Of a stretch of DNA of 64,000 nt, positions 12,833 through 25,687 are shown in pieces. Origin of the DNA: Eledone cirrhosa (taxonomy: Eukaryota); assembly GCA_964016885.1 (NCBI GenBank), contig OZ024741.1, positions 161,510,001 to 161,574,000 of the forward strand, given 5' to 3'. The notes beneath the pieces are model-generated. The model was not told the origin of the DNA, did not search any database, and saw only the letters and a program-made list of their open reading frames with translations. The first letter of the stretch is position 1. Each line of letters opens with the position of its first letter. The position numbers were made by a program, and so were the translations under genes.

Positions 12833-13393
12833 TCATAAGTTAACACAATTAGAAATAAGTTCATTTGGAATGTTCTGATTGTCAGTGATAACAGGTGTAG
12901 ACGGAGTCATTGGCAAGGCATTGTGGGAAGTACTGCTAGTTAAGGTGTACTTATTAGAAGAAGGGAAACAGTTTAAAACATCCCACTTTTTTGATAAGAT
13001 GTTCTTTTGAAAAAACCACTTGAAAGTCCAGGAGACACAGAGTATAGCCATGACAGAAACTAACATGGAAAAAGAACGGAAGGCAAACAGCTGGCCCTTC
13101 TTCTCACTGTAGAATGGAAAATGAATAAATGGGGGAATGTTTAAATAATCTGTAGAACCTCCACCTAGTCGCAGGATGAGGCTCAGAATGAAACCAACCA
13201 AAGCTCCATATGTGTTTGATAGCTTGGACATCATCACACAAACCAACTGGGGAAAGATGATGACAAAGACGAAATCAGATGCAAGGATGAAAAGTCCATA
13301 GACAGTGGAGATGTATATGGCAACAAGCATTGATAAAGTCCCGATTAAAATAACAGCTATCCGAAGCACAATCAGCAATTCTGTTTCTGAAAC
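12833..13393 (-). CDS. SLC5A7: High-affinity choline transporter (SLC5A7/CHT1-like), terminal coding exon
   Basis: cag|GTT acceptor at 13393; VSETELLIVLRI...TVYGLFILASDFVFVIIFPQLVCV...NTYG...LRLGGG matches the CHT1 C-terminal transmembrane helices; stop at 12833. Confidence 0.9.
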   Translation of the reverse strand, partial: VSETELLIVLRIAVILIGTLSMLVAIYISTVYGLFILASDFVFVIIFPQLVCVMMSKLSNTYGALVGFILSLILRLGGGSTDYLNIPPFIHFPFYSEKKGQLFAFRSFSMLVSVMAILCVSWTFKWFFQKNILSKKWDVLNCFPSSNKYTLTSSTSHNALPMTPSTPVITDNQNIPNELISNCVNL

Positions 13394-13671
13394 CTGAAAG
13401 AAATTTTAGAGACATTTATAAATAAAAATAAAACAAAAGAAATTACTACACTGTGGAAGAGTCATTTTAGCCATTAAAAAAAAGGGTTAAATTCACCTTA
13501 TATTAATCATTTATTTCCTGGAATCAACCAACATTTTTGTTACACTGCTTGATCACAGACACAGTTCCAGTCAGTAACCAGATCACAAACAATGCGACAA
13601 AAATTTTGACACAAAAAAATGAATGATAAATGTAAAGTGGGGTTAACAGTCTTTTTGTTTTGTTTTTTTAA

Positions 13672-13882
13672 CCCTTTAGTATTTTCATTTCTCTATATAT
13701 ACTATTGTATTTTCACGGTAAACACTTTATTTCACATAATTATCTTACATAATATCAAATCTACGAAATTTTGATATTATTTATTTTGAGAACAATACCT
13801 TAACAGAAGTATGAGCAGCTGGTTATGGCTAGTTTGAACAGAAAGAGGTGAGAAAATTCTGGCCAGTTTTAATGCTAAAGGG
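13672..13882. mobile_element. piggyBac-type MITE (TTAA TSD)
   Basis: TTAA|CCCTTTAG...CTAAAGGG|TTAA; inverted copy at 16295-16505. Confidence 0.85.
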
Positions 13883-14025
13883 TTAATGACTAAAAGGACC
13901 TTTTCACAATGTTATTACTTTAGCTTCAATAAACATGGTTACAAATCAAGTCACTTGCTAGACAAGTACAATAAAAGAAACACAGTATGCAGCAATTGCA
14001 AGTATTTGAATTGAAAAACAGAAAT

Positions 14026-14300
14026 ACACCAAGTACACTCTGTAAAGTGGTAATGCTGGTGCAACAATAAAATGTTCCGAGTACACACTGTAAAGTGATA
14101 GTGCTAGTACCACAATAAAATGCAGTCAATCAACTCTATAAAGTAGAAGTGCTGGTGTCATGTTAAAATGCGCCCAGTATACTCTGTAAAGTGGTAATGC
14201 TGATGCCACAATAAAATGCACCCAGTATACTCTATGAAGTGGTACTGCTGGTGCCACAATAAATAAAGTATCCAGTCTACACTGCAATGTGGTAGTAGTG
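14026..14300. repeat. ~47-bp tandem repeat related to the RTE 3'UTR unit
   Basis: About 6 units of CACCCAGTACACTCTGTAAAGTGGTAATGCTGGTGCCACAATAAAATG. Confidence 0.75.
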
Positions 14301-15501
14301 TTTGTATTACTAAATTAGTTATACTATAAACTGCCTTAAAATACTGGATTATTTTCAAAATTATTTGAAAATCACAGGAAGTATCTTACATTAGAAATAT
14401 GGTAACAAAAGAGACACAGCATATTGAAATAAATGAATAGAGGCAGCAAGTTGACAGAGTCATTATAGTATTGGATTAAATGGCTCAATAACCATTATGG
14501 CTCTCTTGCCCAGAGTTCAAATTCTGCCTTGCACCCTTTCAATAAGTATAGTACCAGTTTATGGAGTAGTGGATTGCCAAAATCATTAATATGTCAGATA
14601 AAATGCTTTGCAGTATCTCATCTGGCTCTGTGCATTCTGAGTTCGCATCCTGCTTCTTTCTGCCAGAAGTTGTAACTGGCATATGGTATCAACAATAGAA
14701 AGACCAATGGAAACATTGTTTCGTTGGTCTGATTGGCTACTTCTTTCTGCCAGAAATTGCAACTGGTAGATAGTATCAGCAATGGAAAGATCAATGAAAA
14801 CATTGTTTCCTTGGTCTCATTTGATGATCAGCTCCTTTCCTTTCTTTTTCCATCTCAAGTCCATTTTGGTGTGATGGTTATGAAATTTTGCAGAGATGGT
14901 CACTCAAAGATGTATTATGTGTACTTCAATTATGACCATTGAGTGGCCTGAATTCAAGAGTAATTCACTAACAGTACACTTGTTAATTATACATGATCAC
15001 AAACTAATCTCTACACTCTCACCTGACCTATTAGAAATAGAAATCATATATAAATCATATCTTAGCCCCATATTTTCAAATCATTTAGAAAATAATAAAG
15101 AATTCGGAGGGAATTAGTACTATAACTTTCTCATTAATTATCTGGTGTTTGGAACATAACTTAACAAAACTTCTTACATGAAGTTATAATGGAAGATTTT
15201 TAGATATATTCATACAAATGCTTTAAAATAAGCAGCTTTCTATCATAGATCCAGGAGTGGTTTAAGGTGGTTTGGTACCAAAAGGGTTAAATCAAACCCT
15301 ACAAAAGGTAAGACACATTTGACTATGTGGTCCCTATATAGAGTTCATTGGTTAAATAATTCTACAAATATATGTGTATGTATGTCCATGTGCCAATCTC
15401 TGTGAATACTTTCATAACACCACTTAAAGAAAATGGTGAAGTTTGATTAGGTCCCTCATAAACAATACCCCTGCTGTTTACAAGTTTAATGAATGTCAGT
15501 G

Positions 15502-15552
<51 letters not shown>

Positions 15553-16134
15553 AAAGCTAAACAGAAATAACAAAAATAACAAAACAAATGGCACTGTACA
15601 TGGAGGAAATATATTAGTTTAACGCTTGAAATAGAATGAAGAGAGTCTTAACATTCCAGACACTAGTCCTTTATCAGAAGATAGTTTAGAAATAGAAGAT
15701 AAATAGAAAGTAAAGTGATAGGAGGAAGGAACGGAGAAAATGAGAAAAAAACACATGTGCATATTCAGTTGGCCCCAACTCTGTAAAGTGGTAGTACTAG
15801 TGCCATAATAAAACCACCTAGTCAAACCTGTAAAGTGGTAGAGCTGGTGTCACAATAAAATGCACTCAGTGCACTATTTAAAATGGTTAGCATTACGAAG
15901 AGAATCTAGCAGAGAAACCATATCTAAATGGAATATAAGAGTAAAGCATAATCATCTGACCTGACCAGTCTCAGAACGTGACAACCCTCTAACTCAAGCA
16001 TGCATGGAAAATAGATGTAAGACAAAAACACTTTAAAACAAACATCTTTGTATCATAGGACCAGGTGCAGTTTCAAGTTGTTTGGTCAGAATTGTTAAGT
16101 AACTAAATTGTCAAGAACAAAAAATGGTACTTAC

Positions 16135-16241
16135 ATTTTTTCTAATAACTTCCTTGTAGACATTATGAGTAAACATGGAACTTGAGCCAAAGAAAGCCCC
16201 ATCAACAGAAGACATGACAGCAGCAGATATAGCAGCCATAC
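16135..16241 (-). CDS. SLC5A7: SLC5A7-like penultimate coding exon (107 nt)
   Basis: ctccag|GT ATG...AAT|gtaagt; (G)MAAISAAVMSSVDGAFFGSSSMFTHNVYKEVIRKN; phase 0 join to the exon at 13393; AAVMSS motif of sodium:solute symporters. Confidence 0.92.
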
Positions 16242-16294
16242 CTGGAGAAAATATAGAAAATATTTTAAAAAGTTTATTAGTGTTGCTATTTTAA

Positions 16295-16505
16295 CCCTGT
16301 AGCATTTAAACCAGCCAGAATTCTCTCACCGCTTTCTGTTCAAACCAGCCATAACTGGCTGCTCATATTTATGTTAAGGCATTTTTCTCAAAATAAATAA
16401 CATCAAAATCTTGTAGATTCGAAATTAAGTGAAATAATTATGCGAAATAAAGTGTTTACCATGAAAATACAATAGTAAATATAGAGCAGTGTAAATGCTA
16501 AAGGG
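16295..16505. mobile_element. piggyBac-type MITE, inverted relative to 13672-13882
   Basis: TTAA|CCCTGTAGCATTT...AAATGCTAAAGGG|TTAA. Confidence 0.85.
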
Positions 16506-16949
16506 TTAATAGTTCATTATTGTTGCCATTTTAATAGTTTAATGGTTTGTTGTTGTTATTTTAAGAGTTTAATGGATTGTGGTTGTCGCCATTTTAATTG
16601 CTTAATGGTTTGTTAGTTACCATTTTAATGGTTTGTTGGTGCTATTTTAAGGGTTTGTTGTTGTTATTTTAAGAGTTTAATGGCTTGTGGCTATTGCCAT
16701 ATTATTGTTTAATGGTTTGTTATTGCTAACTTAATAGTTTAACCGTTTATCATTATTGGTATTTTAATATATGGTGACAGTGGCAGTGATGATGTGGTGG
16801 TGGTGGAATGACAGTTGCGGTGATGGTAGAGGTGGCAGCAGTGATAGTGGTAGCAACAGTGACGCCAGTGATGGTGTTGGTGGTGGATTGGATGATGATG
16901 AATGTGATGAGGATCCGTTGAAATAAAAATATGACACTTCTTCGCCCAC

Positions 16950-18613
16950 TTATTCCTGAGAGAGTCTTGGGGGCAGAGTCTTCAAACACACCCTCCAGTA
17001 GGTCCTGTCAGAATCAATCGTCTCCAATTGATCCCGTTGGATCCCCAGGCAAGACCAGCCAAGCTCATTGATGTTATCCAACCATCTTGCTTGGGGTCTA
17101 AGCCTGGGTCTTCTGCCAGTTAGTTTTGCCTGTAAAATCTGTTCAGTGATTCTTTCCTGAGACATTCTAACCACAGTACCAGAAATGTGATCTCTCAATT
17201 CAGAGAAGTAGCGGCTCTACTTTCAGTGATTCTCAAAGACCCTTTGGAGGAACCCCACTTCAGCCATTTGTATTCACGATCATATTCTTTTGGTCATTAC
17301 CCAAGATTCCTGACCATAGGTAAGGGTTGGCTTTTAAACTTACCTCCCTTCTGATTACCAAATGCTGAAGCTAGCACATTACTGCACCAACTCCTGCAAA
17401 TTTTGCATTTAATACAGCCTACTGCCTTCCATCACTTGTGAACATGGCCCTGAGATACTTGAACTTCCCCGCTTGCTTCAGTAGAACTCCATTCACATGT
17501 AGAGTGCAATGTGCAGGCTTCCTTGAGAGGACAAGTGTCTCAGTTTTCGTAGCATTGATTTTCATTTCAGCCATACATCAAACCTATCAAGTGCAAGTCA
17601 CCTTCTGTCAAGTTAAATAACACCATGTCGTCTGTAAATTCCAGCCGACTGATTTTACACCCACCAGTCATGATACTATTTCCAACCCAGCTGCGCATGT
17701 CAATCCTGATCATGAAAATGATGAACAGGAGAGGTGACAGCATGCACCCTTGGTGGAGTCCGACTCCCACATTGAATGGTTTCAATTTAGCACATATACT
17801 CAGGCATTCATATAGAGACATCAAAGCAGCAAGAAGCTAACTGTCGATCCCATACTCCTGCAGAACCTTCTACAGCAGGTCTCGAGGAACGTGGTCATAT
17901 GCCTTTTTGTGGTCTACAAAACAAGAATATACCTCTTGGCAATACTCCCATGATTTCTCGAAGACCTTCCACAGTGTGAATATTTGGGAGGCTGTACTGT
18001 GTCCAGGGTGAAAACTGCACTGTTCATGAGCTAGCTTGGAGTCAACAATCTCCCTGCATCTTTTTGCCAGACACTTAGCATAGACTTTATCGGGGAGGCT
18101 TAACAAGATCCTTCTATAATTGGCACAACCAGTCTTGTCTCCCTTTTTGAAAATTGGGATCATCACTCCCAATTACTATTGCTTAGGTGCCTTTCCAGAG
18201 ATCCAGGTCACCTGGCACACACGAGTCAGCCAGAAAATACTTTCTCTATTCAAGGCTTTTAACATCTAGGGGTGGATTTCATCTTCCCCAGCGGCCTTGC
18301 CACATTTAAGCTCTTAACTGCTCTTGTGACCTCAGCCTCCAAGAGATTAGTTCCCACCCCTCATGTTCCAGGTACCAATTGTCAAGCTTTGCTCCTTTCC
18401 GAACACTCTTTGGGATCTCGAGATACGCAATCTTTGTGCATCCATCCCACGCCTCCCAGGACAGATTGTAGGCCTATAGCCAGTTTTTACTGCATGAAAT
18501 GGAGACTGCAATATATTTTTCAAACAGGCCTCTTTACTTAAGACCTGGACGTGTCCCTTGTTAACCCGCATGAAGGACAATGCAGTGTGGTTCTTTTTCA
18601 TTCCTCTCACCAT
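16950..18613 (-). mobile_element. Degenerate, internally deleted RTE-clade LINE
   Basis: LTIGTWNMRG, IPIFKKGD..CANYR, FVDHKKAYD, GLHQGCMLSPLLF, FTDD, GRRP. Confidence 0.85.
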
Positions 18614-20180
18614 AATGCAGTTTTGGTGATCTTATTCACACCAGACACCAATGTGGTACTTTCTCAAACCCGTGAAGAAAAAAAAAATTATCCTTGACCT
18701 TTCAGATTATATACCTGTCACCTTATATAGCACATTTGTTTTATACAAAGAAAGCATAAAAATAATGACATACTCGTATTTTACCTTATTATTTTCATTA
18801 TTTCGAAATTGTGTGTTTAGAAAAAGGTAGTAAATTTGATGTTTAAAAATAAGTTTGTATTTCTTTCATATTATCAATATCATAACTCATATGATCTCTC
18901 TTTCTCTTGTCCATTTCTTTTTCTGCCACTGTCAATATATTTATGTATATGTGTATATATAAATAGTATACCCTATAAATTGCTAGTGTTGCTGCCTTCA
19001 TAGAATATACTTTGTCAAGTCTGTAAAGTGGTTTGTACTGGTGTTGCAAAAAATGCACCCAGTATATTCTCTAAAATGAGTCATTTTTGTCAGAAAATTA
19101 TGAACGTCTGCACCCTTAAAAATGACAGAAGCAATACGCTATGTTACAGAATCATTATAATATAGAATAAATAGAGAAATTTGCTTTATAGGTTATGTTA
19201 GCAGTGATACAGACACAAATAATTAATACCTAATGTAATGAAGTTATGACTATAGCTTCTTCCAAACTCTTCCCATGCAGTTCAGAAAATTATGTTTTTT
19301 TCTCCCTTGGTGTTTGCTGTGTTTTGAACGAATCTGACCTTCAAGGACATATTTGTTCAAAACACATCCAAAACAATAGAAAAGACCAAAGGAAGATGGA
19401 GAAAAAAATTGTAAAAGTTTATCTAAGATAATTTAAAATCGACAGGTGTCAGCTGGTGCTTCAGCTAGTTCTTCACAGTATTTGTGAACAAACACCAACG
19501 AAAATATGATACTTAATACTTAAAATACCCTATCCTCACCCACTAACCACCACTATCCATCACCACCACAGGATATTGTAGCTCTTCCAGTTGTGGTGAA
19601 GAGGAGGTTTTAAGGCTTTCAGGCTCTTTTTCTATTTTATTTTATGTTACATAAACCAAAGCAATAAAAACAGATGCCACATCAGGGAGAGTGGAGCTGC
19701 TTTTAGCAAACACACACACATACAATATATATACAAATATATATCATTTAACATCTGCTTTCCCTGCTAGCAAAGGTTGTACTGGTTGTCAACAGACCGA
19801 GTTGGCACCCAAAGCGAGGGTACTGACCTCCAAGGTAGAGCCTGCGTCTCACATACATTCCTGCTACCTATCAAGTGCTTAGATGAGCCAGCAGCCTGTA
19901 ATTCACATAGGATCCTGCACATTACCTGGTGCATTTTATCATGACACTGGTTCTAGGGAGATTGTTATGTCATTGACACACCTGAAGAGTCATCACAACA
20001 CTTAGTTTGGCAGGTTTTCTTTGGGTGGATGCCCTACATATTACCAACCAATTTACAGCATGCACTGGGTGCATTTATCATGTAATATAAATCATCAACA
20101 CAAGTAGGTTAACTGAAGAGTTCTCTCTCGAACAAACACAGAAATGCAAAAATATGCAGTTATATTAGGTTCGCACACAC

Positions 20181-20229
<49 letters not shown>

Positions 20230-20230
20230 T

Positions 20231-22317
20231 ATCTTCATCAGGCAGTAACGGTCCACAGAATCAAAGGCCTTCCTAAAGTCAATGAAAACCATGACCGCAG
20301 GAAGGCACTTTGCTCTAGCTCCCTCTAATATCCTCCTCAGCATCAGGATGTGACTGGTGGTTGATCTACCCTCTATGAAGCCGTTCTGGTTGTCCCTGAG
20401 CTTCTTCTCCATCTCAGGCTGGATCCTGTTAAGGGTCTTTGCCACAAGTGACGTCAGTGAGATCCCCCGGTAGTTGTTGGTGTTAGAGAGATCTCCCTTC
20501 TTTGGCACTGGGACGATGTTACTGATCCTCCACTGATTCGGGGCAACTCCTTTCTCCAGTGCCCCGTTACAGAACCCCAGGATGATATCATCAAAATCAC
20601 ACCTCTTCATCACCTCTGATGCCACTCCATCTTCTCCATGAGCCTTGCCCTCCTTGATCCTCTTCTTGGCTCTCTGAAGCTCCTCTCTGATGAAGGGCTC
20701 TGTCTCAACATCCAGTTCCTCAAACAGCCGCCTGATCTCCCCAGTGCTCTGGGCTGTGGAGGGTGGCTCTCCTAGTAGGGTCCTAAAATGGTCTAGCCAT
20801 TTCCTCTTCCTATCCTCGGGCCCCGTTCCCTGGATCTGACTCGAACACCTTCTCTTCCTCCCTGTGATCTCGTTGATGATCATCCAGCTCTCCTTACATC
20901 CAGATCTGTCAACCGCTCTCTCCACACTTCTGATCTTCTCTATCAGTGCCTCCTCTCTGACTTCAGTGTAAGCGGTACAGAGCTCTTCCCTCATCACCTC
21001 CACAGTCTCCATCCTCTCCTCCGTAGGATCAGCATAGAATTGGTCCCTGGCAGCTTTCAGGTGTTCTCTGGCTGCACACACTTTTGGGTTTGCAGAGCTG
21101 ACGTGCTTCCCTTTGTTCTTTTTCCTCGGCACCAGGGTTTCACTTGCTTCCGCCACTGCATTGGTGAAGTGCCCGTACCTCCTCGTCACACTCTCCTCAG
21201 TCCATCCAATCTCTCTCTCCTCTGACTCTCCACACAGAGCACTAAACCTGTTTCTCACTTCCACTGTGAACCTCTCCTGTAGCTTATCATCTTCCTTGAA
21301 TGCTCCCCAGTCATAGATTGTTCTCCGGGGCTGAGCCTTGCTCTTTCTTAAGCTCACGCGGACCTCACTCATAACAAGCCGGTGGTCACTACCCAGTGTA
21401 CTGAAATAGCTGTATGGTTCCGTGTTCAGAACACTATTCCGCCACTTTTTCCTCACCAGAATGAAATCAATCTGGGACTTGGACAGGTGCATATCTGAGA
21501 TGTAGGTCCACATCTTCCCCAGATTCTTCCTAAACCCTAGGTTGGTAGCCATCAAGTTCGCCTCCAGCAGGGTGTCTCTCAGTAGTCTTCCATTTCGGTT
21601 GGTGTTGTTATGGAAGTACCAGCAAGGATCTACACTGCCCTCCTTACTCAGATGTGCATTGAAGTCCCCCAAAACAAGCAGGATATTGTGTGCCTGAGTG
21701 GTGTTGACAGCTCTACACACCTTCTCATGGAACTCCTCCGCAGTCACACCACTGTCCCCCTCGGTTGGACTATAGGCTGAGATGAGTGTCAGTCTTGGGT
21801 TTCCATTGAAGGTCACCCTCAACACTTGCGGGGAGATAGGCATTATTTCCCTCACCAACAGATTGGTTTTTGCACTGAACACAAAACCCACTCCTCCTAC
21901 TGCAGCATTTGTTGTGTTCTTCACTGCCGATGTAGTGATGAGCTGGCTCTTCCTCCCGATCATCACACTCCTCACGGGCTCATCGTGTAGAATCCTGTGT
22001 TCTTGGATCGCAAGTATCTGTATACCACTCTCCTCGAACAGATGTCCCAACTCCTCTCTCCCCTCCAGCGTCCGAATAGTCCTCACATTCAAAGTGCCCA
22101 TTTTGATGGCTCTTCTGCAGGACAAAACTGCATTCTTTATATTTGTCTCAGAGACAGCTGATCCATCATCCACTGGCCCTCTCTGTGGCTCTAAGCCAAC
22201 AGAGTCATAACGACCAGGCTGCTCCTTGACAGTGTAATTAGGGGCTCTAACCCTAGTGCTGTTAGATCGACTCTCCATATTTCTTTTCAATGGCTGACAA
22301 TACCTTACCGGCGCCAC
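20231..22317 (-). pseudogene. APE endonuclease and N-terminal RT of the inverted RTE half
   Basis: GTLNVRT, IQEHR, YSPT, GDFNAH, IDFIL, SDH, PKKGD..NYRGISL, FIDFRKAFD. Confidence 0.9.
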
Positions 22318-22501
22318 TCGAATAAGGTAGTTATTTAACCCATAAATGGAGCCCTAACAGGTACTACCACCCCGGGCCAGGGCAGACCTGGGAGTCATGA
22401 CAACTTAGGGGTAACTCTACATTCCCCACATCTCCTGAACTCCCGAACTGGAGCCTTGCCACTGGATGTAGTTTAATGTCATACCCAGGACATTAATACC
22501 T

Positions 22502-23553
22502 GTTACTGCCTGATGAAGATCTTACAGGCTTATGGAATCCCCAAGAGGATAGTGGACCTGATATCACTGCTCTACACCAACACCAAAGCCCAAGTCATTA
22601 CACCTGATGGGATGACAGAGTTCTTTGAGATACTGGCTGGAGTGCTCCAGGGAGATACATTGGCTCCCTACCTTTTTATCATCGTAGTGGACTATTGTAT
22701 GCGCCTTGCACTGGAGAAACACCAGGACTCTGGCTTTACTGTAGCACCGGCTCAGAGCAGGAGAGTTAGGGCGAAAAAGGTATCGGATGCTGAATTTGCC
22801 GAAGACATAGTTTTGGTGACAAATACAGTGAAGGAGGCAGAGGATTTGATGCGGGAGGTTGAGACTGTGTCGATGAGTGTGGGGCTGAGAATGAATGAGA
22901 CTAAAACAAAATATCTGGTAGAGAATGTTGAGAAGCCAGAGGGGATCACTAATGTAGGCGGGGAGCCGCTGGAATTGGTTGGGGACTTCCTGTATTTGGG
23001 AGCAAAGATTGGGAATACGGAAGATGATGTGGTTGAGAGGAAGAGCAAGGCCTGGGCGGCGTGCCACAGCTTGAGATCGGTGTGGAAGTCGGACCTTCAT
23101 AGAGATCTGAAAATCCGCCTCTTCATTGCTGTAGTGGAGTCTGTGCTGCTGTATGGGTCTGAGACTTGGACACTGACCAAGAGACTCACTCAGATGGTGG
23201 ATGGGTGCTACACGAGAATGCTGAGGATGGCTCTGAACATTAATCAGTATACACTGAGGATGAAAAACTCAGAGCTGTATGGGAGCATCCCAAAAGTCAG
23301 CTCAAAAGTGACACAGAGGAGACTGAGGTTGGCTGGACATGCTCACCGACATCCAGAGTTGACATTGCACTCAGTGCTCCTTTGGGAGCCCCTACATGGA
23401 CACACTAGAAGAGGAAGACCAAGGTTAACGTATGTTGATGCCCTAAGGACAGACACTGGTCTGTTGGAGATGCAGGACATGGCAGCGATAATGAGGGACA
23501 GAGACCACTGGAGAGAACTCGTCCATGGATCTCGGGAATTTTACCTGCCTTAG
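22502..23553 (+). pseudogene. C-terminal RT of the same RTE element
   Basis: GVLQGDTLAPYLF, FAED (catalytic DD altered), FLYLG, LLYGSETW, RRGRP. Confidence 0.9.
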
Positions 23554-23713
23554 ATAGATAGATAGATACATATATATATATATACATTTTTTTTCTAATC
23601 CGGAAAAAAATTCTTTTTGGATTTTGTGAAGAAAATAAATTTGTTGAAAGCACAAGTGAAGCCATTTTTTCTTCCCCCCTGTCTTAATATACATATATAT
23701 ATATACATATATA

Positions 23714-24008
23714 TCATCATCATCATCATCATTTCATTTTACGTCCGCTTTTTCCCTGCTTGCAAGGGTGGGACGGGAACTGATGCTGGCTTGATTTCTA
23801 CAGCTGGATGCCCTTCCTAACACCAACCTCATTTACAGTGAGTGCTGGGTGCTTTTTTGCCGTGGCACCTCCACGACCACTTTGCAGTGGTATGATATGG
23901 ACCCCAGTCCCTATCATCTCATTTCTACAGCTGAGTAAACTGGAGCAATGTGAAATAAAGTGTCTTGCTCAAGGAAACAACACATCACCTGGTCTGAGAA
24001 TTGAACTC
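23714..24008 (-). mobile_element. SINE family 2, 5'-truncated
   Basis: Near-identical reverse complement of ~34472-34768. Confidence 0.9.
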
Positions 24009-24030
24009 ATATATGTATTTATATATATAT

Positions 24031-24077
<47 letters not shown>

Positions 24078-24082
<5 letters not shown>

Positions 24083-24285
24083 TAAAATAACAGATTAAAG
24101 TTTAAGCAAAGAATCGCTGCTTTCACCCTTAACGGGATCTTCTGAAACTAACAAAGTCAATCTGTTAAGGGTGAAAGCAGCGATTCTTTGCTTAAACTTT
24201 AATCTGTTATTTTAATAAATATTTGCTCTACGGTTCTTATATATTTGATATATATTTATCCTTATCGAGCCCTCTTTCGATTTTA
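24078..24285. mobile_element. Fold-back mini-insertion of PLE pLTR family B; complete hammerhead fold on minus strand at 24099-24149
   Basis: Inverted plus direct pieces of 50180-50290 next to (TA)n. Confidence 0.85.
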
Positions 24286-24286
24286 G

Positions 24287-25392
24287 TCATCATCATCATC
24301 ATCACCGTTTTACGTCCGTTCTTCCACGCTAGCATGGGTTAGACGGGTTGTCCTGTTGTGGGCAGTGTCTGGTCGGCTGACCATGCCTTGCTCATACAGG
24401 AACTGATCTGGCTTGATTTCTACAGCTGGATGCCCTTCCTAACACCAACCTCATTTACAGTGAGTGCTGGGTGCTTTTTCGTGGCGCCTACACGTCCACT
24501 TTACAGTGTGGGCTGGGTGCTTTTTTGCCGTGGCACCTCCACGACCACCTTGCGGTGGGGGGGGGGGGCATATTGTTTATATGCTTCAGCATGTACCCAT
24601 GGGAGGTCGGGTACCCTGTATTACTGCGTGACGCCAGAAGTCACGGTCGTGTGTCATTGACTTTGAGAGGTGTAGTTGGGTAAGGTCGGCTTTTATCACC
24701 TCATCCCAAGTCATCTTGGGTCTCCCCACTCCGCGGTTTCCATCAACTTCTAGTGCTCTGCACCTTTTTATGCAGCTGTCATCCTTCATACGCATCACAT
24801 GTCCATACCAGCATAACCGCCTCTCCTGCACGCAGCATTTGATTCCTCTTATGCTCAGTCTCTCTCTCAATTCATTTATGCTTTGTCGTTCACGTATATT
24901 ACTGTTACATATCCATCGGAGCATGCAGGCTTCGTTTCTCTCTAATCTACGTAAGTCTTCCACCTTCAGCGCCCAGGTCTCACTACCATGCAACATCGCT
25001 GTTCGGATACACGCATCATACAGTCTGCCTTTCATTCTGAGGGAGAAGCCTTTTGCAGCTAGCAGTGGTAGTAGTTCCCTAAACTTCTTCCATCCCGTTC
25101 TTACCCTAGTTATTGTACTTTCTGAGCACCCACCTCCGTTGCTAATTCGGTCACCTAGGTAGCAGAAGCTGTCTACTGTTTCTACAGGGCCCTCCCAGAG
25201 ATTGGTGGTACTTGTTTCCTGTGGCTGTTTGCTTGCTGTTTCAGCACAGCTGCTGCATGTGAATCCTACATTCTTAATTAAGCTTCCTGAGATCCCGCTA
25301 CATCTCTTGTGTACCCATTGTTTGCATTTGGGGCAAAGAATGGAGTTCCTACCTACACCTTTCCTACATACTGAGCAAGGCCATTTCCCATT
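24287..25392 (-). mobile_element. RTE-clade LINE 3' part
   Basis: GKWPCSVCRKG...MLHGSETW...WYGHVMR; (GAT)n tail. Confidence 0.92.
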
Positions 25393-25520
25393 TTAGTCTT
25401 CAAATTTATTATTATTACTATATATATATATATATATACATATACTACCCAATGAATTTCCAACCGATAAGGTATGATTTTCATGGGTACGTCTCTATTT
25501 CATTTCTAAAACAAACTTTG

Positions 25521-25585
25521 TATTTTATCTGATGAAAGCGTACCAATGTTGTCTTGATTGCCCTTGAAATATATATAATAAAATA
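25521..25585 (+). ncRNA. Hammerhead fold, family C (canonical core), in a ~190-bp solo pLTR between (TA)n tracts
   Basis: TATTTTAT-CTGATGA-AAG..CTT-GAAA-TATATA-TA-ATAAAATA (8-bp stem I, palindromic stem III). Confidence 0.8.
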
Positions 25586-25627
25586 AATATGGTTTTATAA
25601 ATATAGTTTCCATTTATTTAATATCAT

Positions 25628-25687
<60 letters not shown>

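Larger units (their letters stand above)
20231..23568. mobile_element. Near full-length RTE-like LINE with inverted 5' half (twin-priming type), (TAGA)n tail, flanked by (TA)n
   Basis: APE plus N-terminal RT on the minus strand (22317-20231) continues exactly into the plus-strand ORF at 22513; GTTACTGCCTGATGAAGAT duplicated at the breakpoint. Confidence 0.92.

Noticed and set aside
12630-12843. Asp/Gly-rich ORF and its antisense ORF
   Set aside because: A (GAT/GGT)n simple repeat just past the transporter stop codon, probably 3'UTR.
21040-23100. Antisense ORFs over LINE coding regions (also 35996-37036, 56293-57018 and 58747-60528)
   Set aside because: Shadows of the RT/APE frames with no independent motifs.
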